Position numbers and translations under genes: made by a program. Positions 1 through 12,302 of a stretch of DNA of 64,000 nt are shown here, one piece after another. Source of the stretch: Isurus oxyrinchus (lineage: Eukaryota); contig JANJGN010000100.1 in assembly GCA_026770705.1 (NCBI GenBank), positions 1,054,001 through 1,118,000 on the forward strand. Reading direction: 5' to 3'. Each line of letters starts with the position of its first letter. The first letter of the stretch is position 1. The notes under the pieces are model-generated. The model saw only the letters and a program-made list of their open reading frames with translations. It searched no databases and was not told where the DNA came from.

Positions 1-659
1 ACTTTCGTTAATAACACTACAGTTATATGAATGATTGTAAAATACTGTCTACTAGGCAGTTATATGAATGACTGTATAAGATTGTCTACTAATCATTGAA
101 ATATAATGTGCAAGAATAATTTGCTTATGTTTAGCTCAAATAACTATGTATATGGGCAGCGGCGGAGATAATAATAAAGAGAATACGAAGAGCCTGGTCA
201 TGAAGATTGGGGGAGAAAATACCATTCAGAAGACAAAGAGTAACAATACAATTAAATGATAAAGAAGAATATTACAGTACAGGAATTATCGATTGGAACA
301 AGTTCACTAAGAGATTGACAGGATAAAATCTCAGAAGCAGCTGCAAAATAGCAAGAACATGAAACAAGTATTTGGCTTCAGTGTTTGCCACCGAAAGAAA
401 TGAGGTGAAAATAAGAGGAAACGATGCAATTACAAATCGTTTCGAACTTTGAAAATAAGAAGAAAGCTGCTAAATTTAAAACAAAAAACAAATACAAAGA
501 GAACCAAACACCTGATGCAGTTGGACTCTCTGCGCAGTTTAAAACAATCTAGGAAAGAGATAGAACTAATGCAAATATTTAAAAAATCTTTGGAACAAAA
601 AATGTGCAAGAGGGTTTCTTGATAGCTAATGTTATGTCTATATAAAAAAAATGACACAC

Positions 660-1830
660 CATGTTAAGGACTACGGATCTGTCACTTTAACACATAACAG
701 TGGGGAAAATTTTGAAAACATTACTAAACGAGAAAATGGTGAGGGGCGGGGAGTTGATCCGGGTAAGTGTAATGGAATAAGGGGAACATGTTACATTTAA
801 TAAAAATAATAGATTTCAAAAGGCTTTATTGAACAAACTCATTGACGTATTTGAAGAGGAAACAACCAGAGTGGAGAAGTTTCTTAGATGTAATTTATCT
901 AGATTTCCAAAAGGCCTTGTATCAGGCACTACATTATACACATTCAGAACTCGGAATGCCAGGGGACATTCCGGACAATAGATCTCTGGGTGGCTGTAAA
1001 GCAGAAGTTCCAGAGCATGTATAAGTCTTAGGTGTTGGGAAGAGGGTGCCTCAAGGATCTATGCTGGGGAAACAGTTGTTCCATCCTTTCCGTAATTGCA
1101 TATCAAAAGCACAATTTATAAAATTGATAACAATGAAAATTGGGGAGATTGTGATTACTGCGGATAGCTGCACTGAATGATAAAAAGGCATGGACAAAGG
1201 TGGATAGCAATGCATGTAATTGACAAGTTAATTTTAACACAGATAATTATGACGTCTTTCATTTTGCTAAGAAAATAATAAGGTGACACTTTTATTGGAA
1301 AATACTATGTAAACTCGTTTGGTAGCAGTCAAAATGTGTCTGTGGGTGCAAGTCAATAAGTCACCCTAAAGAGTGAAATGAACAAATGAAACCATAAGAA
1401 AAGAAAAGACTTTTTAGGAGCAATTTCAGCAGGAAGACAATTTCAAACTAGCAAACTTATGCAAAATCTGAAAGCAACCATTCTTATGACAGACTGGTGG
1501 TGCTATGTGCGCATCTGGTCACCATGTCATAAGGAGATGGACATGGTATGGAGAGCAGGCAAACGAAAATTTACAGGTTGATACCAGAAATGTCAATTAG
1601 AAAAAGATATGAAGAGCCTGGCTGTATTTATTTTCCTTTGAAGTGAATAAAAAAGACCGAGGGCTCTTTAGAATTTTGAAAGGCTTTAATGGACACCATG
1701 CAGAGAATATTTCTCAACTAAAATTTAAGGTAACGCATTTACGCAAACATATAATAATTCATACATGGATCAGAGAAAAAAAAAGCTTTGCTCAGTGAGT
1801 GGTGAAATTATGGGTCTGGTTACCACAGTA
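660..1830 (+). mobile_element. Decayed CR1 LINE RT fragment
   Basis: DVIYLDFQKA and VPQGSMLG motifs with many stops. Confidence 0.7.
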
Positions 1831-1899
1831 TTTATAACCTAAATACAAACCAGAGGACTTCCATTCAAGACTGGCGTGAGGAGTTTGTTATTTGTTTCT

Positions 1900-2137
1900 C
1901 CGCTTCGTTAGTCTGTGAAATTGTCTTCTCCAGAGAGAAGTAGAGGCTGGATCATTGCATGTATTCAAGACGGAGTTAGACAGATTATTGATCGAAAAGG
2001 GATTCAAAAGGTTATTGGGGAAGGCAGGGAAATGGAGTTGTGGCCACAATCAAATCAGCTATGACTTTGTCGATTGATGGAGCAGACTTGCGGTGCTGAA
2101 TGACCAATTCCTTCTCCTGACCCTGTGTTTCTGTGTT
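1900..2137 (+). mobile_element. CR1 (HER1-type) LINE 3' end
   Basis: Tail ggagcagacttgcggtgctgaatgaccaattccttctcct...tgtttctgtgtt is shared with the other CR1 ends in the window. Confidence 0.7.
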
Positions 2138-2879
2138 AATGATTGTTTGAGGCGAATTTAATGGACATTTGCAGGGAGATTATGGATTTTAGGAAATAAA
2201 GTAGAGAGCCATGCAGATAGATGAAGGTGAGGAAGGAGAAGTGCTCTAAATAGTTGTAAACGTGGCCATCGTCTGCTTGGGGTGAATGGTTCCTTTTTGA
2301 CTTTTAATAGCAATGCAATTCTATGAAGCCCAATATCACGACTAGAATTATCCCAATCTTTTTCTATCCCTGGATTCTTCACAATCTGAGCATCTGCTGC
2401 AAACTCAATTACATCGGACCTTATTCCTAGAGTTTGGAGTGAAAGAAGTACAGGAAACAAACATTTACAAAATTAAACATGGAAAGAAGCTTATCAGGGA
2501 GAATAGAACGAAGATCAATCACTCTCCTCCAGGAGGATGTATAATTTTCCACAAAAGGTGTTGTCTGTGACTTGTGGTCTTGGCTTCAGGTTCAATAAAA
2601 AATCTGAAAAAGGATCCACGTGCAACAGAAGCAATATCTGGTGGCAAACCTTTCTAAAATGTGAATGGACCTTTGCTTGCACTGAATGATTGGAACATTG
2701 CTCAGTTTAAGAACACGGCTATTAACCACTTTATAACTGTTAACAAAAGCCATATCTTAAAAGTTATGACTCTCCCCAGGCAGACACCTACCCTTTTGGA
2801 AGAGACACGAAGCCCGATTTACTCTATGAACATGTCGCCTTTGAGTGGGCGACGTATGTAAATCCTCTTTTTGGTTTGT

Positions 2880-3260
2880 TTATTATTTCTCTGGATCTGG
2901 GCGTCCCACGCCAGGCCACCATTTATTGCTCAGCGCTCATTGCCACTTGCGAAGGTCTGGTGGGATGCCTTCTTGAACTAGAGCAGTGCATGTGATGTAG
3001 GTAAAGCTGCAGTGCTGTTAGGAAGGGACTTACAAGATATTAACGCAGCGACAATGAAAGAAAGGCCAGTGTAGTTCCAAGGCAAGATGTTGTTTGGCTT
3101 GGAGGGGAGCTTGGATATGCTTGAGTTCCAATGCACATGCTGCCCTTGTCCTTCAAACTGGTAGAAATAGCAAATTTGAAAGGTAACGCCAAGGAACCTT
3201 GGTGACTTGTTGCAATGTTACCTGTCGGTGGTGCACATTGCTGCTGCTGTGGGTCGATGG
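2880..3260 (-). mobile_element. LINE 3' end of a second family (tail aagggcaattagggatgggcaataaa type). Related tails lie at ~15400-15610, 16820-17225, 27980-28320, 28450-28640 and 54740-54930.
   Basis: The shared motif ttcaagaaggca..caccac..ttc.caagggcaatta..gatgggcaataaat..tggcct recurs across these sites. Confidence 0.6.
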
Positions 3261-3329
3261 TGGAGGTGCTATGTTATGACAGTGGTACTTGCCAGGCTGA
3301 CCAAATCCACAAGGGAATCTTGGCCACTC

Positions 3330-4190
3330 TATCACAACCATTTTGCAATTTCTGTTTCTTACGAGTAGGCTTATGCATGGAAATACGAAGTCATGAATCC
3401 ACTACCACCTTTGGATAATGTAAAGATGAAATTAAAACATTGATTAACAAAATAAGACATAAACCTCAGTACACACAAGATTACAGTAATGTAATTACAA
3501 CAGTTCCCAAAATTTCTCCTTAACCAGTCTTCCAATTACACAACCGATTTAAGGCAAGAGTCCAAATAGATTCATAATGTATAAAGTCATCAAGCAATAT
3601 CACAACAAGTACCCACTGGGCAAGGGGCTTCCAAAGGCTTTCAAGACAACTTTGGTTCTTGGAGCAGTAAACATCTGCAGGGTGGCTGGAGGCACTTCCC
3701 CGACATTTGTTTCACACGGTGCACCTTCAAATATCTCACATGGCAACACCTCACACAGCTTTGCATCCTTTCTTAAATATATTTCTCCTTTTTTTTTTGG
3801 CAAATCCAATTGTTTCAACTTGCCTTTTCAAGTTTACTTTTACCTAAATATAACAATCTTTCATGTTATTATTATGAACACCACTTTTGGGAGAAGTTTT
3901 TGTAATAAGCTTTACAGGTTTAACTTTCCAGTTCTAAACATTTTTCCACGTCACATTGAAAATCAAACACCTTTTGCACTTATCTAAAAATTGAAATTTC
4001 ATTCACACCGTCTCTGCTGAGACCTCAATCAAGTTTATTATCTAAATTTCTAATGCATAACTCCAATGATAATTTAAACCTTGCAGTTTAATGGTTTCTA
4101 CATTAATGAAATTAGCCAGACACACAAAGCACACATGCACCCAAACATGAGCCTGTTTTAACGTATCCCAGAGTAACATTCGAAAAGTAT
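3330..4190 (-). repeat. Diverged solo LTR related to 11539-12302
   Basis: tatcacaaccattttgcaatttctgtttc resembles tgtcatgaccattttttgcaatttatattttc. Further collinear similarity includes aaattaaa.cat..attaa and agacacac..a.cacac. Confidence 0.55.
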
Positions 4191-5103
4191 TAGGAAATGC
4201 CGGGGGTGGGGGTGGGGGTGGGGGGGGGGAATGGTGGTGGGGTTGGGGGGGGGGGGTGTTGGTGAATAATGAAGCATGATGATGGGCAGCTTTGTCCTGA
4301 ATGGTGTCAAATCTCGTAAGTGCTGTTGGTTCTGCACTCAGCATCAGGCTGTGTTTGTTCAGTTGACAGAAGAGAGTCAGCAATCATTTACTACAATGTG
4401 TCATGGGTGATCTGGTGTATCAGCACTGTGCCATATAGCTTGACCTCTGCTTTTCCCTTCCTCTCTGGCACAAGATGCTCCTTGCTAATGGAGCGATTTC
4501 AGGAGAGTCGGATGACCATCGTCTTTTCACTGTTATCATGTCCCTTCACTTTTTTCTGTCTGCATGTTATGTATTACTTCCATGGAAGTGTGGACGGGCC
4601 ATCTCAGTATCATTCTGTCTTCATTTCACACTCACACAATGCAGGCTGACCACTTCGAGTCACAAGAGAGTGAACAGGAGCCGTTCCCTACCTGATCTGC
4701 CACAGTAAATGCCTGGCTTAATGCCCTCTCATGGGCCTATGATTCATGTACCGCAGAATGGAGTGCATTTTGCCAATTCTAGCTCTCCCTACTGCGGGAT
4801 GAATCATGTGCTCTGGAAGTCAAGTCGATGTGTCTAATTACAACCATTAGCACTGTGCTCACCTAATGTGATGGGTGAAAAAAAACATTATCGCAGATTG
4901 AGCCAGGGAATAGTATATGTTCCTTTGACGCAGTGAAAGTATCTGGTGAACATTTAATTTTTAACATGCCATAAAAGTGTTATTTATCCTTTAAATGGTG
5001 TAACATTATTGAACAATATCATAATTTAGCTAAGGTTTTATAACGTTGGCTGCCATGGTTTGCTCCTTTGGGGGACCATGACTAACGCTGAGATAATGCA
5101 ATG

Positions 5104-5138
5104 TTATTGTCGCATGAGGCGATCACATTCGGTATAAG
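5104..5138 (+). promoter_or_regulatory. Putative degenerate promoter module of copy 1
   Basis: TTATTG-TCGCATGAGG-13 nt-TATAAG, about 70 nt upstream of ATG 5209, with the same order and similar spacing as the paralogues. Confidence 0.35.
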
Positions 5139-5208
5139 TGAGGTGTCATAGGAATGAATTGCAGCCGATGTGTGGTTGTTGTCTCCAGCACTTCGTTTCT
5201 CGCAGAGA

Positions 5209-7554
5209 ATGCACGCCGCGGGAAACAATCCAGTACTTCTTATTTACTATCCTATTCTACGTGTTGTCCGTGTGCTGGGTATGTTATTACAGAAACTTTT
5301 TTGTTTTAGGACATTGTCGCCTGCACTGAGTGTGTGGATTTTCAGCTGGTTTGTCTCATTGTGTTATCCAGACTTTCTTCCACTGCATCCTCAGCTGAAT
5401 GAGCTATGATCGAACGCCATTCAGGAACGGTGATAATGGCATGAAGCTGATGTGCTGGCTGAGGACTGAGCGATCAGGGAGAGATAGGGGAATCTCAAAC
5501 GCTATTGTGAATAAAGAGCAAAGGGTGAGATTCAAGGAATGGATCGGTTGGAGGCTTAGATGAATCAGAAAAAGAGTGTGCGCAGGTTTTGGTAACCATG
5601 ACTTGCTGTCACTTGCGATCCTTCACAACTGAAAGAAAGGCGAAAAGTTGATTATTCAGCTTTGAATGAGGCGAAGAATCCTTATGGACCAGGACAGTTT
5701 TGAGCTTGTGTGAGTCAGTGTTGCTTAAGGAGAAGATTGAGGGTTTGCTTCTCGTGGCGCATGGAATTGAAAGTCTATCTTCGGGTGTGGCGACAAGAGC
5801 AGTTTGAGGAGTTCTGGATGTCTTGCAGATATCTGTGATCATAACAGGAAGGCTGGGATTTCAGCTGGAATGCATGTGGAATGACGGGAACCCGGAGACA
5901 GTTGCTGAGGAAGGAAATGCGACTGTGAAAACCTAATTTGTTATTGCACATGTGAACAAAGATGAGATGCTCCTAATCAAGCGTCATCGACCTAAAACTT
6001 TAACTCTGTTTCTTACCACAGGTTCTGGCTCACCTGTCGACCATTTCCAGAATTTTTGGCTTTTTCTTCAGATTTCCAGCATCCATTATATTCTGCTTTT
6101 TAAAATTGGAGGTCCAGGTATTCTGTCTTCGGACAAGATCCCCGATATTAAGTAAATGGGCAGAAGTCAATACACATTCTCCTATGGACAGAGTTGCTGA
6201 AATTCTGTCTACCTTTTCAATATGTGTTTAAGTTTCTCAGACTGCTTTTTCAACCCCGAAACTGAAAAAAAATGAAATATCTGAGAAAACATTTTCTGAG
6301 GTGGGTATCTAACCAGCATGCTTATTGAAAAATGATTTCGCAGTCAGCCAGTTACTGCCACTTCGTGAATGATTTTAGTGGTTTTATTCAGGAAACTGAA
6401 CGTAGAGCTCCAATTTACTTTCTCAATCCAATGATCCTCAATCATTGCCACGATTCGACCATGCTCCTTTACATTAGCTGTTCCTGTTAACCTTCCTCAG
6501 CAACTGTCCACCTCCTACCAGAACAATCTCTCCATTAGGAATTATCAAACCCGTCTTGTGTGGTTCAAAACTAGAGGCATAAGATCAAAGAAACCGTTGA
6601 TGGGAGCAATGTTCAATTTTACTGATTGTTTATTTCTCTTTCTTACAACTAACTTTGTGACCATTGTGATCCTGTCCAGAGGATGATGCGGTCTCTCCAG
6701 ATGCATCACGCTTTACCTAGTGCCCATGGCAGTGACGGATCTCCTGGTCATTATCACCGCTGTGATATTAAACAGGGTTGTTGGTATATATTTCAGTTTC
6801 AGTGCGCTTTCCACCACTCCGGGCTGCACAGTAAGCTTTATCCTAACTTATGCTGCCACAGACAGTTGTGTGTGGTTGACGGTCACTTTCACTTTGAGAG
6901 GTTTTTCGCTATTTGTTGCCAGAAACTGAAAACGAAATACTGCAGTGAAAACGGCAGCGGCGGTGATAGCAAAAGTGTGCGCCCTGAGTTGTTTCAAAAA
7001 CACGCCGTCTTATCTCCCTTACGAACCGATGTTCCCAGTGGACAATGTTCAGTGGCTGTGCAACATCGAAGAAACATTTTAATCATCTCTTGGATGGACA
7101 CTGTATGACTGGCTTGACAGAATTTCAACGCCGTGCCTTCCATTATTCCTGTTGTTACTACTGAATGCTGTGACAGTTAGACATATTCTAGCGGCCAGTC
7201 GATTCCGAAGGAGACTCCAGGCCCACAGCAATGGAGCCAATCAGCGTGACCCAGAGATAGAGAATAGGAGGAGTCCATTATGTTACTCTTCCGTACTTCG
7301 GGCAGTTTCATCCTGTTATGGATGGTGTACGTTGTAAGCTTCTTTTATGTTTAAGTTACAAGCAATAATTATTTTTCAGGTTCCAATATCAATGACCAAA
7401 GATTCATCCTCCAAGAAACAGGTAATACTCTTCAATTTTTAAGTTCCTGCACCACCCCGTGCATTTATGCATTAACAGAGGGTAAATTCAGGCAGGAGTT
7501 AAAAAAATGGGATTAGGTATCCACTTTATTATTTTAAGATTAAGGAAACAATGA
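5209..7554 (+). pseudogene. GPR139-like GPCR pseudogene (copy 1): exon 1 5209-5278, exon 2 ~6649-7554
   Basis: Exon 1 MHAAGNNPVLLIYYPILRVVRVL-G|GTATGT. The acceptor is mutated (cttacAA|ctaac at 6647-6648). In-frame TGA at 6684 within SRG*CGLSRC, with frameshifts near the DRF motif and ICL3. Recognisable segments: MAVTDLLVIITAVILNR, DSCVWLTVTFT, DPEIENRR. Confidence 0.9.
5400..5930 (-). mobile_element. Probable L2-like LINE RT fragment in the intron of copy 1
   Basis: Decayed RT-like reading on the minus strand (F......S.ET.L.......LFAFLS). Family assignment is by resemblance only. Confidence 0.4.
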
Positions 7555-7959
7555 TAATCATACAGTCGTGTTTTTTTGGCCTTATATTAAAACAGAGTTT
7601 TCTCTCCTGTACTATGCGCTCTGGGTGATACCATGTCCAAAATCATCAGTCGGATAACATAGGCCAAGTTCGCATCCATGTGTGAGAAAGTGAATCAAGG
7701 GCCTGATTTGCTGCGAGTAAAATTCCATGTTTAATTGGACGACCATATTGAACGACCGATTTGTTTAATCATCATGAACAAGACAGCACATCAAATACCC
7801 ACCCATCGTTCACTTCAGACTCATCATCAGTTCATGGCTGGAACCATGTGGACGTGAAGGGGTGAGTCCAGTTCATTCCGCAAAACTCTCAAAAACGTCA
7901 CTCTAGAAATCTGAGCAATAGAGATCTGGGTATTGTGATTGGAGCCTCAGGGCAGCAGT

Positions 7960-9290
7960 TAACTGTGATCCTGTAAACCAGAATATTTGAACAGGAGGTG
8001 GCCATTCTATACATAGCGTCTGATATACTATTCAATTACATCATCATTTATATTAACCTCGAATACAATTGCCTGTTATGATCTTATGTTCCTTAATAAC
8101 ATTCCCCAAACAAAAATACATAAGCGGTTTAGGCATTTTAAATTAGCCATTAGCATGATCAGACATTTTGATGGCAATGCCAGATATCCACAACCCTTTG
8201 CATAACCAATTGTGTCCTGATATCACTCCTAAGCATTTTAGTCATAATTATATAATTTTCCACTTTGCTCTTGGGCTCCCCCAGTATAGAAAATTATATG
8301 TCTTTATCACTTTATTGCATTTTTTAATTTCTTGAATACCTGAACTTGAGCATTCCCCAATCTTTTATATTCACTCGAATGCAATATCTAGCTGACTGCC
8401 CCTCCCGTTTTAGCCCAGATATCACTCTAGAGAACGTGTATTCCACCCCCTCCAGTGCCGATACATCCTGCCTGAGGTGAGCGGCTCAGACTTGAGCCCA
8501 ATTAATCCAGATGAGCTGTTACCTGTATTTTATCCAACTGTAGCATGTCTTTCATCCCTTTCTGCCCCAGCTCTCCTCAGATAAAGACTAACATTGCAGG
8601 AGCCATTTAACTCTTTTTTCTACCTGTCCACCAGTTCTAAATGTCTCTTGTCCTTCAAAACCTATATCGTTCTGCCCACTCAAAAGTTCAGAATCACTTT
8701 GATAAAAAGCTGATTCATATTTCTTTCATCTCGCCTCTAGCCTCTGCCACCCCCTCTCTCTAAGTTAATCAATGTTCCTTCGCAACTTTGTTCTCCAATT
8801 CACAATGTGCCACATAACTTAACAGCAACAGCAAAGTTGGATACAGACACCCCAATTCCTTAATCAAAGTCAATGACAAATGCACAGAAAAGCCAAGGCC
8901 CCAACAGAGAACCCTGTTTGACAATGCAGGTCACATAATGCCAACTGCAGTAGATACCCAAAACCAGAATTCTTCTAGCTAATTCCTCATCAATTATCTG
9001 CACACGTAATCGGTTGTTGCTCACTCCAGGCACTTTCATTTTTGTTCATAGTCACTTGCGCGGAACCTTATTGAATGCCTCCTGCAAGGCAGTATAATTA
9101 AGATCGATAAATATTCCCTTACCAACCATAATAGTAGGCAGTATAATTAAGATCGATAAATATTCCCTTACCAACCATAATAGTAACCTCCTCCAAATTA
9201 AGCATTTTCTGTTGGACATGGCGTAGCTGTTACACATCAGTTGTCTTTCTCTCTATGACCAGCTTATATTTTCCAAGTTTTAATGCGGTG
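7960..9290 (-). mobile_element. Decayed CR1 LINE
   Basis: LQEAFNKVP motif at ~9060-9090 and 3' tail aggaggtggccattc at ~7995. Confidence 0.6.
9087..9185. repeat. Perfect 49-bp tandem duplication
   Basis: aggcagtataattaagatcgataaatattcccttaccaaccataatagt occurs twice, at 9087 and 9136. Confidence 0.95.
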
Positions 9291-9929
9291 AATGCTTCTG
9301 ATAGCAAAGGCCAACTTAATCTTACTTGCCTCCTTGAACTCACAGGCACCCAGTACAATGCAGCATTGCTGAAACACACAAATTTTGAATATAACGGGCT
9401 CCTTCACAGCACAGGCCCCTGAATTTCACTAACACGCTGAACCACACAGACCTATGAGCCAAACAATATCTGAAGCTTACAGATCCCCCTGAACCAAAAT
9501 GACTTCCTCAAATTATGATTGCTGAAGTTACATTTTCCCTGTTTATAAGACTCCATCACCCAGTTTTTGGCAGACAGCGGGCAGAGTATTGTTCTCTTAC
9601 TGTCTCTCTCAATTTCCCTCTTGTGCTGTCCTTTAGTATTTTCTCTATCTCCCTTTCAGTATCTCCCCTCCTCCTGTTCTCCTGTCTTTCACTGTATCTC
9701 GATTTCTCCCTGCTTCTGTGTCTCTCCTTCTCTCTCACAGTTTATATCTCTCAAGCTGCCTGTCTTTCACACAATTTCACTCGTTCTGTCATGCTTCTGT
9801 TCGATCTGCCTGTCTCACTGTAAATTCACCAATCCTTCTCTCTCTGAGTTCATACATCAGGTGCGTTGCCCATAGCTGATCAAAATATTTCCCTTGACAC
9901 GTAGCAGAGTTTCCTAGAGTCCTTGAATT

Positions 9930-10610
9930 TTTCTTCCTACGTCATGTAACCTTTGACACCCTTGTTAGTCACTAATCTATCTAACCCTGTCTTTAAAAAA
10001 AGTATTCCGTGACCCTGCCTCTGCAGATATCTGAGGAAGGGAGGTTCACAAGCTAACTAGACTCTGAGAGAGAAAATCAACCTTGTCGGCTAGGTCTCAA
10101 CGAGCAGACCCATTAATTTAAAATCTGTCTCCACGCCCTGGTCTCGACCATCTTCTCACCATCGACTCTTCCATGTTCCCTCGGGGTCTTATGTTTTTTC
10201 ATTCTTCTAAACTCCAACGGAGAGAGGCCTAACCGTTCAACATTCCCTCACGATACAACCCTCTCATCCCAGAAATCACCATGCCTTCTCTGAACTGCTT
10301 CTGTCCTTTATTGAATATGGAGGCTAAAACTGTACACAACAATCTGAATAACGTCTTACCAATGTCCTGTAGAACTGTAGAAAACCATCTATACATCTAT
10401 ATCCCATTACGTTTGCAATAAACTGCAATATTTCCTGTGTATTCTTAATCATTGTTTGTAACTGCATAGTAACATTTTGAGGTTTCACGTACCAGGGCAC
10501 CTGGACTCACTGTACCTCAGAATGGTGTCGTTTTTCTCCATTTAGATATCATGCTAGTATACTAATATTCCTGCCAAAGTGGTCAAGTTCACATTTTTGC
10601 TCATTAAACT
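9930..10610 (-). mobile_element. CR1 LINE 3' portion
   Basis: aaactgtacacaac..tc (reverse of YCVQF) and gaccctgcctctgcag..ctgaggaagggagg motifs. Confidence 0.6.
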
Positions 10611-11538
10611 CAAACTTATAGTTGCAACTTCAAGGCCAATAGAACAACTATGATGAACTCAGTAATATGGACTCGTTCCAAACTCAATTGGACCAATGTG
10701 CTTCGTTGGTCGTCTGAGCATAACAGAGGTGGAGCAGAGTGATTCTAGCAATGGGTCATTTAGTGTAGGGCGGAGTGATTGAAGAAAGGCGTCTGCAATC
10801 CCAGGGTTTCAAAAGAATGGCAATTAAGTTCATTGGAATGTCTGAGTCTTTCGTCAGCTGGACATGATAAACTCAGAAATGCAAATGATACAGAGCACGT
10901 AGAATGCTAAATATTGGTTAAAAATATAAACTTCTGATGACTCCTGTATTTTCTCATGACAAGTCATTTGCAAACACTTAGATTTTTTTGTCGCAAATGG
11001 AGCAACAATGAGCCAATTTGGTGACACTCTATCTTTCACTTTATGCATCACCGTTTTGGGTTCTATTGAACATGGTGCTTATTTATGCGTTTTTTTTTTT
11101 ACTGTGGATTGAACCATCTGTTTAGATCCCTGGTAGTCGTAAAGTATTTTTTTTGCCATCCCGTTTTTATCCACAAGAGTTGTTGAGCTCCATTTTCTTG
11201 TTCTACCTCGGAATGCTGGCACCACTGGCTAAGCCAGCATTTATTCTTTATCGGTAATAAGAAATGAAAAATAGTGATCAGCCAGCATCTTACGACCAGG
11301 AAAAACTAAGTAGGAGCAGATGTGTAAAGAAAAATACTGCGCATGCTAAAAATCTGAAATAAGAACATAAGATGCTGGATAATCTCAGCAGGTCTGACAG
11401 CATATGTGGAGAGAGAAACAGAGGCAACGTTTTCAATCCGTATGATATAGTTCTTACCCAGTAACTGCATACCATTATGATGTCACTGCCGATGATAATG
11501 GCTGAATTGTTCAAATCCCAGAGAGAAATTGAAATAAC

Positions 11539-12302
11539 TGTCATGACCATTTTTTGCAATTTATATTTTCGAAATGCAGACTTTGCGTTCGGTAGGAATA
11601 CGACCACAGAGTCTCGTGGTTTTGATATAAAACAAAATTAAACATCTATTAATTTAACATAAAATTAGACACATACATGTGGCTGCAAATTACTACGAAA
11701 ATAACTTGTAACACTTCACAAAATCAATCACGTGCAGCTAAATCTCCACTAAGGCAACACTAGCCCATATAGTTTACACAGACACCAGGCGAAACACATT
11801 TGACATTACAAATTCGAATTGAGGTGCTTTCCCAAATTAGTTGGTGGCATACAAGCTGGTGAGTACTTAACTGCCTCTTCCTTGTACAAAAATTCCTTTA
11901 TTTAGGTAGCTAACTTTCCTATCAATGTAAATTTTCCATTACATGACTAGATCTTTTGAACTTCAGCTCTTCTAGCAATAAAACCCCTTTCATGGCACCA
12001 ATTTAACTGGTAAGACGAAAAGAAACATCAAAGCATTGTTTGGTTTCTTCTAGATATTGCAAGATTTTAACTACAATTTTGAATACTTTATTCAACAAAT
12101 GCAAATGAGCACTTTCCCTTCCTGTTCTGCTTACTGTTCACCGAATGAAGATCTCAAAATTACTGTACACCAAAGCACCCAGGCGAGCTGGCTTTAATTC
12201 AGTTAAGACACACGCAGACACAAACCTAGACACAGACCCACACTGGAATCCTATTTTAAAAAAATCTTTTCCAATAAAACAGATCATTACCACTTCATCA
12301 CA
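11539..12302 (-). repeat. 3' LTR (~764 bp) of the Gypsy element
   Basis: TG...CA termini with an imperfect terminal inverted repeat (TGTCATGA / TCATCACA), abutting the polypurine tract. Confidence 0.75.

Noticed and set aside
3577-3987. 136-aa ORF
   Set aside because: It lies inside the solo-LTR-like segment and has no recognisable domain.
9515-9875. Hydrophobic or Ser/Leu-rich ORFs suggesting a membrane protein
   Set aside because: They derive from a CT-rich low-complexity tract.
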